A stretch of 64,000 nucleotides of DNA from a virus: positions 1 to 64,000 of the IMG/VR virus record IMGVR_UViG_3300037755_000497. The stretch is one strand, 5' to 3'. Below, in pieces: positions 9,311-18,337 of the stretch. How positions within the stretch are numbered: position 1 is the first letter of the stretch; the number at the start of each line of letters is the position of its first letter. The notes under the pieces were generated by a model, which had not been told where the DNA came from, did not search any database, and worked only from the letters and a program-made list of their open reading frames with translations. Position numbers and translations under genes: made by a program.

Positions 9311-9728
9311 AATGGGATTACCAAACAGCTTGGTGGTAAACAACGGGCCTTAATACCGATACACCCAAAAACACTTAATCCAAGATTTGAAAAATTTTTG
9401 TACCTTTAACAATCTAAACTTTGTCGGTTCCCAATATGGGTAACTCTGTACTAATCTTTTCTAATCTAAATTTTAAACCTTAACGGTTAACCTTTTACCT
9501 TTCATAGTCAGAATCAAAATCTGATGCCCACTTTTGTAGTGTAGGCTATTCTATTTGTCAGATGCTCTACCAGATTGAGCTACAACTTGATAAGTTGATA
9601 GGATTTGAACCTATAACACCCTGAACTATTTTATGGCGGGCCTTTTTATTTGTTGCCCCTCAAAGGTGCTAGTTATACCCAAACTAGCAAGGGGGTATTG
9701 TCTGTTGTATTCGTTTGGCAATCCCATT
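9311..9728 (-). ncRNA. Putative ~418-nt structured ncRNA of unknown family
   Basis: 16-bp terminal stem AATGGGATTGCCAAAC / GTTTGGTAATCCCATT followed by U tract; internal hairpins; tRNA-like domain; 7-nt periodic tract; no minus-strand ORF in the track. Confidence 0.8.
9558..9624 (-). ncRNA. Circularly permuted tRNA-like domain (YrlA/Y-RNA-type) inside the ncRNA
   Basis: Order: TCAGG, variable loop, T-arm ATAGG-TTCAAAT-CCTAT, closed acceptor CAACTT-ATC-AAGTTG, TA, D-arm GCTC-AATCTGGTA-GAGC, A, TCTGA. Confidence 0.82.
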
Positions 9729-9733
9729 AAACT

Positions 9734-10393
9734 TTATAACGTAACGTCTTCTTCAACTTCTATTTCAGTTTTTGAATTACTTTCTGAAAGAACAATGTCA
9801 ACTTCACTTTCAAAAGTATCAATCTTTTCTTCTAGTGTTTTAATCTTAGCTTCAATTTTAAGTGGGTCAATAACTCTTAATTCATTGGCCTTAACAAAAG
9901 CATTAGATATATTTTCAACTTCTTGTGTTTTGTTTTTTGAATCTGAACCAAGGTTCTGGGAAACCATAGCATCAATTTTTTCATCTAATTCTTCACGTGC
10001 TTCGGCAATCAATTTATCATTTTGCTGCTTTTGCTTTTTCAAAGTAAGTAATAGTTCTTTTTCGTACTTAACTTGATTTTTATATTCAATAGCTTCGGCA
10101 ACAGAAATTGCTTTTACACCTTTACCACTTCCAACTTTTACTTTTGTCTTAAGATTGGAAATCATAATAGCTGTCTTAATTGAAGCACGTCTTTTCTGTA
10201 ACCCAACTACAGCATCATATCTTGATTGCGCTGTTGATTCAAATTCCTTTATGTCCATATTAGAACGTAAAGCTTTGCCCTTATATTTTTCCTGGGAAAC
10301 ATCTAGTGCGTTTAATTTTGAAATAGCTGAACCAATTCTGGCATCAATAAGTTTTAATTCTCTTAGTCCACGTGTGACTGACATCTTTTGCAT
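9734..10393 (-). CDS. Coiled-coil DIP1984/septicolysin-like family protein (start probably MQKMS at 10393)
   Basis: MSVTRGLRELKLIDARI...IKTAIMISN.KTKV...SVAEAIEYK...IDPL...FESEVDIVLSESNSKTEI pattern; AAAGGA RBS before 10393. Confidence 0.7.
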   Translation of the reverse strand: MQKMSVTRGLRELKLIDARIGSAISKLNALDVSQEKYKGKALRSNMDIKEFESTAQSRYDAVVGLQKRRASIKTAIMISNLKTKVKVGSGKGVKAISVAEAIEYKNQVKYEKELLLTLKKQKQQNDKLIAEAREELDEKIDAMVSQNLGSDSKNKTQEVENISNAFVKANELRVIDPLKIEAKIKTLEEKIDTFESEVDIVLSESNSKTEIEVEEDVTL

Positions 10394-10446
10394 TTTTAAT
10401 CCTTTGTTTTTCAATTCCATCAACTATCAACACCAATTTTTTATAA

Positions 10447-10475
10447 AATATAATACCCGTAAGATTACCTGTCAA
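10447..10475 (-). promoter_or_regulatory. Strong sigma70 promoter driving the DIP1984-like gene and ncRNA
   Basis: TTGACA-N17-TATATT. Confidence 0.75.
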
Positions 10476-10479
10476 CTAA

Positions 10480-10938
10480 TTATTTGGATGCATTTGGATT
10501 TCTTTCTAGTGACACCATTCCGATAATATCAACTATTCGTACACCCCTTTGCATCGCTGCACCACATACGGTTCTAAATGTATCTTCTAAATCATCCAAA
10601 GATACGTAACCATCCTTCATTTCCAGCAATAGTTTATCCCAAACTTCTATACCATGGTGAACATCTACTATTGCGAATGGGAAGTTAGGTGCTATTTTCC
10701 TTGCCAATATTTTGTAGTCTTCCTTCCTTTCATCATCATAAGAAGGTGGCAAACTTATATTATTAATAAGGACAGAATGTTCTGATATAGCTACTTTGGG
10801 CATATCCCAAAAATACCTAGAAAGGAATCTGTCTTCTTCTACTTCTGGAATTCTCATTGGGTGTATTTTTAATTGTTTCATACTATTGAAGTGAACCTTG
10901 GCCAGCATTACTATTGTCTTCACCATCACATTCGTCAT
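10480..10938 (-). CDS. Hypothetical protein (true start likely MKQLK near 10880)
   Basis: ORF in co-oriented run. Confidence 0.55.
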   Translation of the reverse strand: MTNVMVKTIVMLAKVHFNSMKQLKIHPMRIPEVEEDRFLSRYFWDMPKVAISEHSVLINNISLPPSYDDERKEDYKILARKIAPNFPFAIVDVHHGIEVWDKLLLEMKDGYVSLDDLEDTFRTVCGAAMQRGVRIVDIIGMVSLERNPNASK

Positions 10939-11386
10939 CTTCGTTGCTGTGCTGGTAAGATAGTATCAACTGACCCAGCTTAATAACCCCATTTTCGTCT
11001 TCATTGAAATCATCTATAACAGTGTTACCTTCTTCAATGTAGGCCAATGCCTGGTTAACGAAATTAGTATTAAGTCTGTTATTTAAAACTTCAATCAATA
11101 GTTTTAGTGCTTCGTTTTCATCACGCCAAGGTTTCAGCTGGGTATCAATAACTTCGTGGCACATCTTAGATGCATTCTTATAAAAGAAACCCTGCTTACC
11201 AACCTTCATGTCATCACACCATCGGTCTATTGTTTCTTGCAGCGGTGGCCTTGGAATATCGTAATACCCTATAGGGAAAGATGCTGTCTTACCCCTGTGG
11301 TCGCAACGGTTGCAATTACTGCTACCATCAGGAATCTTCTCTGTTTCTACATCTGTTGAATTACATTTAGGGCATACAATTTTCAT
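10883..11386 (-). CDS. Zn-ribbon-containing hypothetical protein
   Basis: CPKC...CNRC at N-terminus. Confidence 0.65.
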   Translation of the reverse strand: MKIVCPKCNSTDVETEKIPDGSSNCNRCDHRGKTASFPIGYYDIPRPPLQETIDRWCDDMKVGKQGFFYKNASKMCHEVIDTQLKPWRDENEALKLLIEVLNNRLNTNFVNQALAYIEEGNTVIDDFNEDENGVIKLGQLILSYQHSNEDDECDGEDNSNAGQGSLQ

Positions 11387-11939
11387 TTTTAGTTCCTTCT
11401 ATCATCTTAGATTCGATTACATCCTGGCAAAGTTCTATACATTCATTGCATATATGAACTGGGTTACCCTTATCACCTTTTTGTTCGGAATAATTCGGGC
11501 CACCAGCAATTAAACTATTTACCATGCTTGCACCTTTACCGCAAAAAGAACAGTGCAATTCTTTAATTTTTATTTTGTAGCTATTAGCATTGACTGGTAC
11601 AATAGCATACTTGTCTAGGCCTAAACCCATTTGTAGGACAAGCCTTCGCATACCGCAATTTTCACCTTTAACGCTTTTATAGCTGCTATCTTCTGGGACT
11701 ATGTTTGCAAACTTTTTTAATTCCTTATCAGTTAATGGCACCCTTGGTTCAATTACCTTTACAACTTTACCTTCAACTACATACCTATCACGCCAATTAG
11801 CTATTACACCTTGGCCCACTTTAAAATGTTCCGGTGTCGGTTTACTAAAACCACATACTGAACAATCACCGCCTTCCTGTTCAATGCTTTTAGTATCCAT
11901 CCTACAGTAGTTACAAAACTCTATAATTATATTATTCAT
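11367..11939 (-). CDS. Protein with C-terminal ClpX-type C4 zinc-binding domain
   Basis: LHCSFCGK...LIAGG...[15 protein letters not shown]; additional N-terminal CxxC pair. Confidence 0.8.
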   Translation of the reverse strand: MNNIIIEFCNYCRMDTKSIEQEGGDCSVCGFSKPTPEHFKVGQGVIANWRDRYVVEGKVVKVIEPRVPLTDKELKKFANIVPEDSSYKSVKGENCGMRRLVLQMGLGLDKYAIVPVNANSYKIKIKELHCSFCGKGASMVNSLIAGGPNYSEQKGDKGNPVHICNECIELCQDVIESKMIEGTKNENCMP

Positions 11940-12099
11940 TTATATTTAATCCTAATTTAAAATCTTTACCCATCTAATGCACTCGCATTTTTTGCACTCA
12001 TACCTTTCATAGCTAAGTGGTAAGAATCCTTTTTCTGGGCTAAACTCGAATTTATGTTCACAGAAGATTTGTTTGATTTTTTTAATTAGACCGAACATC

Positions 12100-12459
12100 C
12101 TATTTACCAACCTTCGCATTTAAATACTTAATGATGAAATCTAAGTTACTACAGAAATTTCTAAACCCACGGCCACGACTTCTGGCATAGCTTTCACACT
12201 GTCCATTATTTTTAGCAACGTACATCTGAATCTTTTCTTCTTCACTTAGTATGGGTATGCCAGTAGCATCAACTTTTAAATTCGATTTAGCATCATGACC
12301 CATTCTTTCCCTAATAGAAATCATTATTAGTCTTCTTGAAGTATAAACATCGTCATCGGTTAAATCAGTGAACTGCCCGATGTGGCATTCAATATCCTTC
12401 ACCAATTCAGCGTGGTGTAAACTACTCCAATCATCAATGGGAATTATTTCTCTATTCAT
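12100..12459 (-). CDS. Hypothetical protein
   Basis: ORF. Confidence 0.55.
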   Translation of the reverse strand: MNREIIPIDDWSSLHHAELVKDIECHIGQFTDLTDDDVYTSRRLIMISIRERMGHDAKSNLKVDATGIPILSEEEKIQMYVAKNNGQCESYARSRGRGFRNFCSNLDFIIKYLNAKVGK

Positions 12460-12615
12460 TTATTATCATAAACACTATTTATTAATTTCTCTATTCTGAA
12501 ACTACTTAATAAATTCCCTATCGTCCAACCGATAGAAAAACCAACTATAAAAGATAGAAAGCATAGTAACCAAATCTGTACTAACATATCTTCCATTGGT
12601 TACCTCAATCACTTA

Positions 12616-13080
12616 TCAAAATCTAGTTTCACAATCTTCATCATGTTCACCTGTAAAGTTATTCAAACACGTACAGTTATATTTTTCAGCTTCCACAACT
12701 TCAATTCTAATTTTCAACTTACTACCTATAGGCATTAACTTCCTAAGCTTATTCACCCTAGCTTGATCTTTGCTATCCATAGCATTGTACAGCGATATAT
12801 GAACAGCTTTACCTATCCCTTCATTAATTACATCAACCCTTCTAGTTTCATATTCTATAACATTGGGATTCGCTGGAACAGGTTCTTTTACTGACCAATG
12901 GATAGTGCAAAGCCCATAGTGATGTACTGCACTTCTTCCTAGCTGCACCTTCTCTTCTTTGGTCAATTCCCTTGAAGTGCATACAAACACTTCATGACTT
13001 TTTTCAGCTTGACTGTCTGAAACAGAGTATTCTATTTTTAAAGAGTTTAAATAATTTATTACATCTGGTTGGTCAGTCAC
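12616..13080 (-). CDS. Hypothetical protein
   Basis: ORF with GAGG RBS. Confidence 0.6.
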   Translation of the reverse strand: MTDQPDVINYLNSLKIEYSVSDSQAEKSHEVFVCTSRELTKEEKVQLGRSAVHHYGLCTIHWSVKEPVPANPNVIEYETRRVDVINEGIGKAVHISLYNAMDSKDQARVNKLRKLMPIGSKLKIRIEVVEAEKYNCTCLNNFTGEHDEDCETRF

Positions 13081-13346
13081 TTTATTACCTCTATTAAAAT
13101 CATACTCTCATATTCAGTTACCTTTTTTATTTCCGGTATATTGTAATCATTTATTAACCCATACTTTTTTAACGACTCTAAAAGGTGAGATATGTCATGG
13201 ACTGTTTTTAGCTCTGTTCTAGTCGCTAATGGGAAATGATATACATGTTCTTCTTTTAATCGAACAAACTTAACTTCCTCGCCCTCATGCAAAACTGTTA
13301 AGCCTATAGGTTCTTCTTTCTTATATTGAATATCTAAAATTTTCAT
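13077..13346 (-). CDS. Hypothetical protein
   Basis: ORF, coupled. Confidence 0.6.
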   Translation of the reverse strand: MKILDIQYKKEEPIGLTVLHEGEEVKFVRLKEEHVYHFPLATRTELKTVHDISHLLESLKKYGLINDYNIPEIKKVTEYESMILIEVIK

Positions 13347-13799
13347 TTACTCAACCTGTTCAAATACATGCCAAACAGTTCCGTTGTCAGGGAAAACAGT
13401 ATTGACATACTTCAAAAAATTACTTGTATTATTAATAGGCCAACCAGTTCCAAATATCTGGAAAGTTCTAACTTCTGTTTTTGTTTCTTTCGGATTAACT
13501 CTTACCCATATATACATTTCATTGCCTTGTACATTAGCGCAAATAACTTCACCACCAATTGGTATGGCTACTTCACTACAACTATAACTTTCTAGTTGGT
13601 ACTTCAATATTTTTGTGAACTCCTCTTTCTTCTTTCCATGAATAACTACAGTTTCAGGTGGAACAATTTCTATTTCATGTGTCTTACTATTCATTCTTAT
13701 AACTGAAAGCCCGTAATAGTAAATGTTCTTTTCTATTTCACCTAATTTTCCTTGTAACTTTTCTCTTATGTGTGACATTATTAATCCTCTAATTCCCAA
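13347..13799 (-). CDS. Conserved phage hypothetical protein
   Basis: ILKYQL...IWVRVNP...FQIFGTGW...VWHVFE pattern frequent in phages. Confidence 0.65.
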   Translation of the reverse strand: MGIRGLIMSHIREKLQGKLGEIEKNIYYYGLSVIRMNSKTHEIEIVPPETVVIHGKKKEEFTKILKYQLESYSCSEVAIPIGGEVICANVQGNEMYIWVRVNPKETKTEVRTFQIFGTGWPINNTSNFLKYVNTVFPDNGTVWHVFEQVE

Positions 13800-14095
13800 A
13801 GTTCTTTTTCTAAATAATTAAATTCTGTTTCTGGTATCTCTTTGAATACTCTCTTTAATAAACTGATATATAATTTCTGGTTCTTATTTCTTTTTACTTC
13901 TTTATAAATCGAGCATCTTCCACCATCAACATCATAAAGCTTTAATGCATTCTTTAGAATCGAACTTCTTGCTTGATGGGTAGGATTTTCTACTAGGGCC
14001 TGGTAACAATCAAATAGGGTTATCCTTACTGGAATCATCTTTGTAACCCTAAATCTATTATCACGGCTTTTAGTAAATTTGCCCATCACCTTCAC
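13781..14095 (-). CDS. Hypothetical protein
   Basis: ORF; TTGACT-N17-TAGGCT promoter upstream. Confidence 0.55.
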   Translation of the reverse strand: MKVMGKFTKSRDNRFRVTKMIPVRITLFDCYQALVENPTHQARSSILKNALKLYDVDGGRCSIYKEVKRNKNQKLYISLLKRVFKEIPETEFNYLEKELWELED

Positions 14096-14223
14096 CTTTT
14101 TTCGTATGAAGATTAAGCCTACCAGATTAGGGCAAGTGAGTCAATATAGATGGATGCATTCGGATTGATTTTACTTAGGGTTAGGAACTATGGGCACCCC
14201 GTTATCAGGCACCCATAAGTTAA

Positions 14224-15000
14224 CTATCTAAAACTAGTTAGTCTATTTTTCTCGGCCAGCTTATAGTTATGGATTTCCCTAATCATTTCTATGTACTGTT
14301 CCCTTCTATTTTTGCGGTCAATCATGTGCCTTAAATCAAGACACTTCTGGAAGAATTTATCAACACCCATAGATGTATTCTTGGCCACTAACGCTAAAGC
14401 AAAGATGAAACCAGAATCAGCTGGGCCAACCTTGTCATCTTTACTTATCTCATTTATAAAGTGAAATAGTTTAATAGTTTCTTCCTTATAGCTCAACACT
14501 ATTTCACCTTCGTCTAACGCCCTGATGGTGCTACCACTTACATTGAATTCATGCAGTAGCCTTACAGTATTTGTGAAACTAAATTCCTTTGGTATATTCT
14601 TTTCATAAAAGGTCTTAGCTTCCTTTAGAACCGGATTACCGCTTTTTAAAAGCATAGTCACTTTGTCATTTAAGCTGTGTTTGATTCCAGCTTTATTTAC
14701 TCGATGAATGTCACGCCAATCAACATTGTTATTAGAATCAACAATATAATAAATAGGCGCACCCATTTCTTTACAGGCCGTAAATCTGTGCTGTCCATCA
14801 ATAATACTTTTGTTCTTGTCAACGATAAGTGGGAACTTATGAAATTCAAATTTTTCCTGGTTCTGGGTAATCAACTTGTTTACGTTCGCACGATTCAAAT
14901 TTCTATTGAAACTTAGAAAGTTAAATTCTTTGTAGTCTTCTGAAACACGAATCTTTCTGGGTGCTGGGTACTTACTTGTGTGGCATTTTCTTCTAGGCAT
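14224..15000 (-). CDS. ParB/Srx-like domain protein
   Basis: NRNLNRANV...PLIVD...IIDGQHRFTAC. Confidence 0.8.
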   Translation of the reverse strand: MPRRKCHTSKYPAPRKIRVSEDYKEFNFLSFNRNLNRANVNKLITQNQEKFEFHKFPLIVDKNKSIIDGQHRFTACKEMGAPIYYIVDSNNNVDWRDIHRVNKAGIKHSLNDKVTMLLKSGNPVLKEAKTFYEKNIPKEFSFTNTVRLLHEFNVSGSTIRALDEGEIVLSYKEETIKLFHFINEISKDDKVGPADSGFIFALALVAKNTSMGVDKFFQKCLDLRHMIDRKNRREQYIEMIREIHNYKLAEKNRLTSFR

Positions 15001-15159
15001 AAATTTAATCCTTGTTAATTGGTTAGTTCGTTCATGGCCTCTTTATACTTGCACCACAGACTTTTACAACAATTACAGATAAATTTTATATGCTTTTCCC
15101 ATTAAAACTTTACAATATTAAACATTGTAACCCAAAGATTACAAAATGTAATGCCACTT

Positions 15160-15459
15160 TCATTCATCATCTAAATTTCGCATAAAAGTTAGATTCATCA
15201 ATTGCTGGACAGACTTAACACCTTCTGTCCAAGCCGCAACATATTCCTTATTTGTCGAATAAGCTATAATGGTGCCTTTCTCTAAATCGTCAACTTGTGC
15301 TTGGATTTTATCATTAACGTCATCTGGTACAGACAGTAAACCATCGGGGTCTATATCCCAGTAGCAAAAAGCATCCCACTTACACTTAACTGGTTTGGAG
15401 CTATATAACCCTTCTTGCACGCTAAAGCTGTTACCATAAACTATACGTTTCTTAGCCAT
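15160..15459 (-). CDS. Hypothetical protein
   Basis: ORF with AGGGA RBS. Confidence 0.6.
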   Translation of the reverse strand: MAKKRIVYGNSFSVQEGLYSSKPVKCKWDAFCYWDIDPDGLLSVPDDVNDKIQAQVDDLEKGTIIAYSTNKEYVAAWTEGVKSVQQLMNLTFMRNLDDE

Positions 15460-16232
15460 TATTTCCCTTTATGTCTGTTTGTAGAATGGTGTTTCTCTTT
15501 TTTCTGCATTTACAACTTTAGTCCACGGGTATTTCCACTTGTAGACATACTTAATATTTTTGACCTTAAGTCCTAAAGATATGCCACTACTTAATAATGA
15601 TGCACCCATCATTTCAGCTTCGGTTATAACGCCAATACGTTGTTTCAAACCTATACTAACTAACCAATCATTACATAATTAAACTTACCCCTTCCTATGA
15701 AACATGTCAAACATAATGGATGCAGTTGGATGCTTTTTTCATGCAAAAATATCGTGCGAATATGTAGAGGGGTTGCCTTTACCCAAAACGTCATGTGGCA
15801 CCCACCAGCGAAGTACCCCCCACCCCTTCGGTTATGTTTTGAAAGCGGGCCGCGTGTGTGCGGTGCTGGGGTAGACCAACGTGGTGACAGTGACTTGGCG
15901 AAGGTGCGCACGCTAATGGTTATTCCCGTGCATGTTATGTTTTGGAAATGATTATGTTTAGGGCCATCGTATGAAACATGTTTGATAAGTAGTGCTGGAA
16001 GAAGACTTGGCACGTGTGTGGTAATAGCAAGAAGGAAGCCAAAGTTGTGTGTGAGAAAAAAGAGGCCTTTCATATACAAGCCAAGGTGACCCTCATACGT
16101 ACTGGTTGCATCCTTTTGTGTCCATTAAACATAACTGGAAACATATCATCTTTTTGTTGGTTCTTTTGATTAGTCTATTTATATATATAAATGGTTAATT
16201 GTTTTAATCATCATCGTCTTCGTTACTAGTAT

Positions 16233-16961
16233 CTATAATAGGTATGTAGGTATGTGTGCTTTGGTTGCATTTCTTCTATGCTTACTACATCTACTATATA
16301 TTGATTCAATTGGTATCATTGCTAAACAGTTATTATACTCACATGGTTTATACTGGTTATCTTCATCTATATAGTTATCATTGGTGGTATTAGTTTCCAC
16401 TGTTTTTTTAAAGTTTTTCCCTTTTGCTGGAGTATGTTTCGGTATGTTATGTTTTTCTCTTAGGTCATCTACTGTATGTTTGCTTATTGTTGATTCTAAG
16501 TCTTCTATATAGCTGGGTAGATTTGTTACATCGTTAGTAGTGAGTTCTGGAAATTGTGTTAGTGTGTCTTTATCTATATAGATGTTATGTTCTGATACTT
16601 CCTGGAAGATCACTTTCAATGATTCTACATCGCCTACTTTAGTATGTTCTATATGACTGACTCTTATTCTTAAGTCTATTTGGTATATGGCCTCTATTGC
16701 TTCTTTGATATTGTTTTTCAAAGTTTTTTCCTTTTTAGGTTTATATAATGTCTTTTTAAAGCTTTCTTCTTTTATTGGTTCTTCTGTATTGCCTGATTTA
16801 ATTATTTTTAGTTGATGTTCTGGATGTCTTCTAAGTATGTTCAACTTGTTTTCTAATAACCATTTTTCAGCTTCATCATAATCTAATGGTTCAGTTAATG
16901 TTAGCTGGTGTTCTTCTTTATGATAAAGGTCTACTGTGTACTCTCTTTTAAAGCTTTCCAT
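16233..16961 (-). CDS. Hypothetical protein
   Basis: 242-aa ORF with GAGGG RBS. Confidence 0.6.
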   Translation of the reverse strand: MESFKREYTVDLYHKEEHQLTLTEPLDYDEAEKWLLENKLNILRRHPEHQLKIIKSGNTEEPIKEESFKKTLYKPKKEKTLKNNIKEAIEAIYQIDLRIRVSHIEHTKVGDVESLKVIFQEVSEHNIYIDKDTLTQFPELTTNDVTNLPSYIEDLESTISKHTVDDLREKHNIPKHTPAKGKNFKKTVETNTTNDNYIDEDNQYKPCEYNNCLAMIPIESIYSRCSKHRRNATKAHIPTYLL

Positions 16962-17387
16962 TTATTTTCCCTCTGGCCAATTGCTAAACTGTGTTGGGTC
17001 ATCTGTTATGTATCCTGGTGGTAATGGGCAACCTTGTTGTACTCGGTATTCATCACCTTTAATATGGATAGGTTTACATCTTTCATTTTTTGATATTTGG
17101 TTTATTATTGCACCGATTATAAATGTAACTATTGCTAAGATTATAAATGATTTAAGTTTTGACCTTTTTGATTCTTTTGTTAACTGTAGTCCAGCATTTA
17201 AACCGACAATATCATTAATGGCAAAGAATCTTTCAGCATTACGTTCATAATCCCAACCGACTAAATACCACTGTTCTTCTTTATGCCATTTATTGGAACC
17301 GAAGTGAATTCCCATTGGTTTAACTGTTCTTGTTGATATTTCATTTCTATAATTGGTGTAAACAAACTTTAATATTTCGTCACTCAT
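16962..17387 (-). CDS. WYL-domain protein with C-terminal transmembrane helix
   Basis: FVYTNYRNEISTRTVKP...QWYLVGWDYERNAERFFAINDI; TM FIILAIVTFIIGAII. Confidence 0.78.
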   Translation of the reverse strand: MSDEILKFVYTNYRNEISTRTVKPMGIHFGSNKWHKEEQWYLVGWDYERNAERFFAINDIVGLNAGLQLTKESKRSKLKSFIILAIVTFIIGAIINQISKNERCKPIHIKGDEYRVQQGCPLPPGYITDDPTQFSNWPEGK

Positions 17388-17703
17388 TTATTATCCTGTA
17401 TTTTGCTACTATTGATTCTATTGATATTGTTCCCTTCTTCGGTTTTTCTTCTATTAGTTCTTTAAGTACATCATCTAAGTCATATCCAGCTGGAATAATT
17501 TGCTGGATAGCATTTCTTAGTGACATCTTTGTACCTCTATTTAAATTATCCCTAAAGATTGCTGTTTCACAATCCATTATAACCATATCGCCATCATCAT
17601 TAACGGTAAGGTTCCTATTACTACCATATAGATCGGTAAAGTCTTTTTGTGATCTAACATGGGTAACTAAGCTACTTCTAATTGAATTAAAATCTTTCAT
17701 CAA
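17380..17703 (-). CDS. Hypothetical protein
   Basis: ORF. Confidence 0.55.
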   Translation of the reverse strand: MMKDFNSIRSSLVTHVRSQKDFTDLYGSNRNLTVNDDGDMVIMDCETAIFRDNLNRGTKMSLRNAIQQIIPAGYDLDDVLKELIEEKPKKGTISIESIVAKYRIINE

Positions 17704-17721
17704 CCATCACCATTATTTAAC

Positions 17722-17964
17722 TTATTGCCAAGGTAGTAACCTATTTCTTACTAAATGTAAAAACTGAAATGGTGGTACATCTAAGATCATTTCAAAACGT
17801 CTTTTTCTTTCTAGTTCAACCATTTGTTCTATATGTTCTGGAATCCCAGGGTGTCCCGTTTTTCTACTTTTCTTAGGCCACTGTTCTTTCGGTTTCTTTA
17901 GTAGTTCGTTAATTAATCCAAGTGTTGCTACATCATTACCCATTATTATTTCCTTCGTTACCAT
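17722..17964 (-). CDS. Hypothetical protein
   Basis: ORF. Confidence 0.5.
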   Translation of the reverse strand: MVTKEIIMGNDVATLGLINELLKKPKEQWPKKSRKTGHPGIPEHIEQMVELERKRRFEMILDVPPFQFLHLVRNRLLPWQ

Positions 17965-18301
17965 CTACTGTTTTCTTAGTTTTGTTAAACATATCGAGTA
18001 TGTTTTTCCTAGCTATATTTAGTTCATTTTCAGTCATCTTCTTTGGTCTATAACGCTCAATTTTATTTTTGGGCATTTTCGGCCTATTATCACTTTTATT
18101 TTCTACTTTTTCAACCTTGTTTTCACCAGTATGTTTTTGCTTATTTCTTTTTTTATTTCGGGCACTTATACCATTCTTATTAGACTTCATTTTTAACTTT
18201 TTACCTTCCTTAGCTGGCCAACTGCAATCTTTAGGACACCATGTTTCTTGCATGGGTTCTACCCTACTTCTAGGGGGGTTGTGCTGGGGTTGTCGAAACA
18301 C
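17936..18301 (-). CDS. Basic hypothetical protein
   Basis: ORF; start uncertain. Confidence 0.5.
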   Translation of the reverse strand: MFRQPQHNPPRSRVEPMQETWCPKDCSWPAKEGKKLKMKSNKNGISARNKKRNKQKHTGENKVEKVENKSDNRPKMPKNKIERYRPKKMTENELNIARKNILDMFNKTKKTVDGNEGNNNG

Positions 18302-18337
18302 CTGTTTAAACCTTATCAGTGGCCTTTAAAACAGTTA

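Noticed and set aside
9558-9624. Canonical tRNA gene
   Set aside because: Arms are in permuted order, the acceptor is closed by a loop, and there is no anticodon loop or CCA
12460-13800. Possible recently acquired block (more CTC/GAG, few GGCC)
   Set aside because: Impression by eye only; needs k-mer statistics
15660-16079. 139-aa minus and 84-aa plus ORFs
   Set aside because: Atypical composition, no RBS or motif; region looks non-coding
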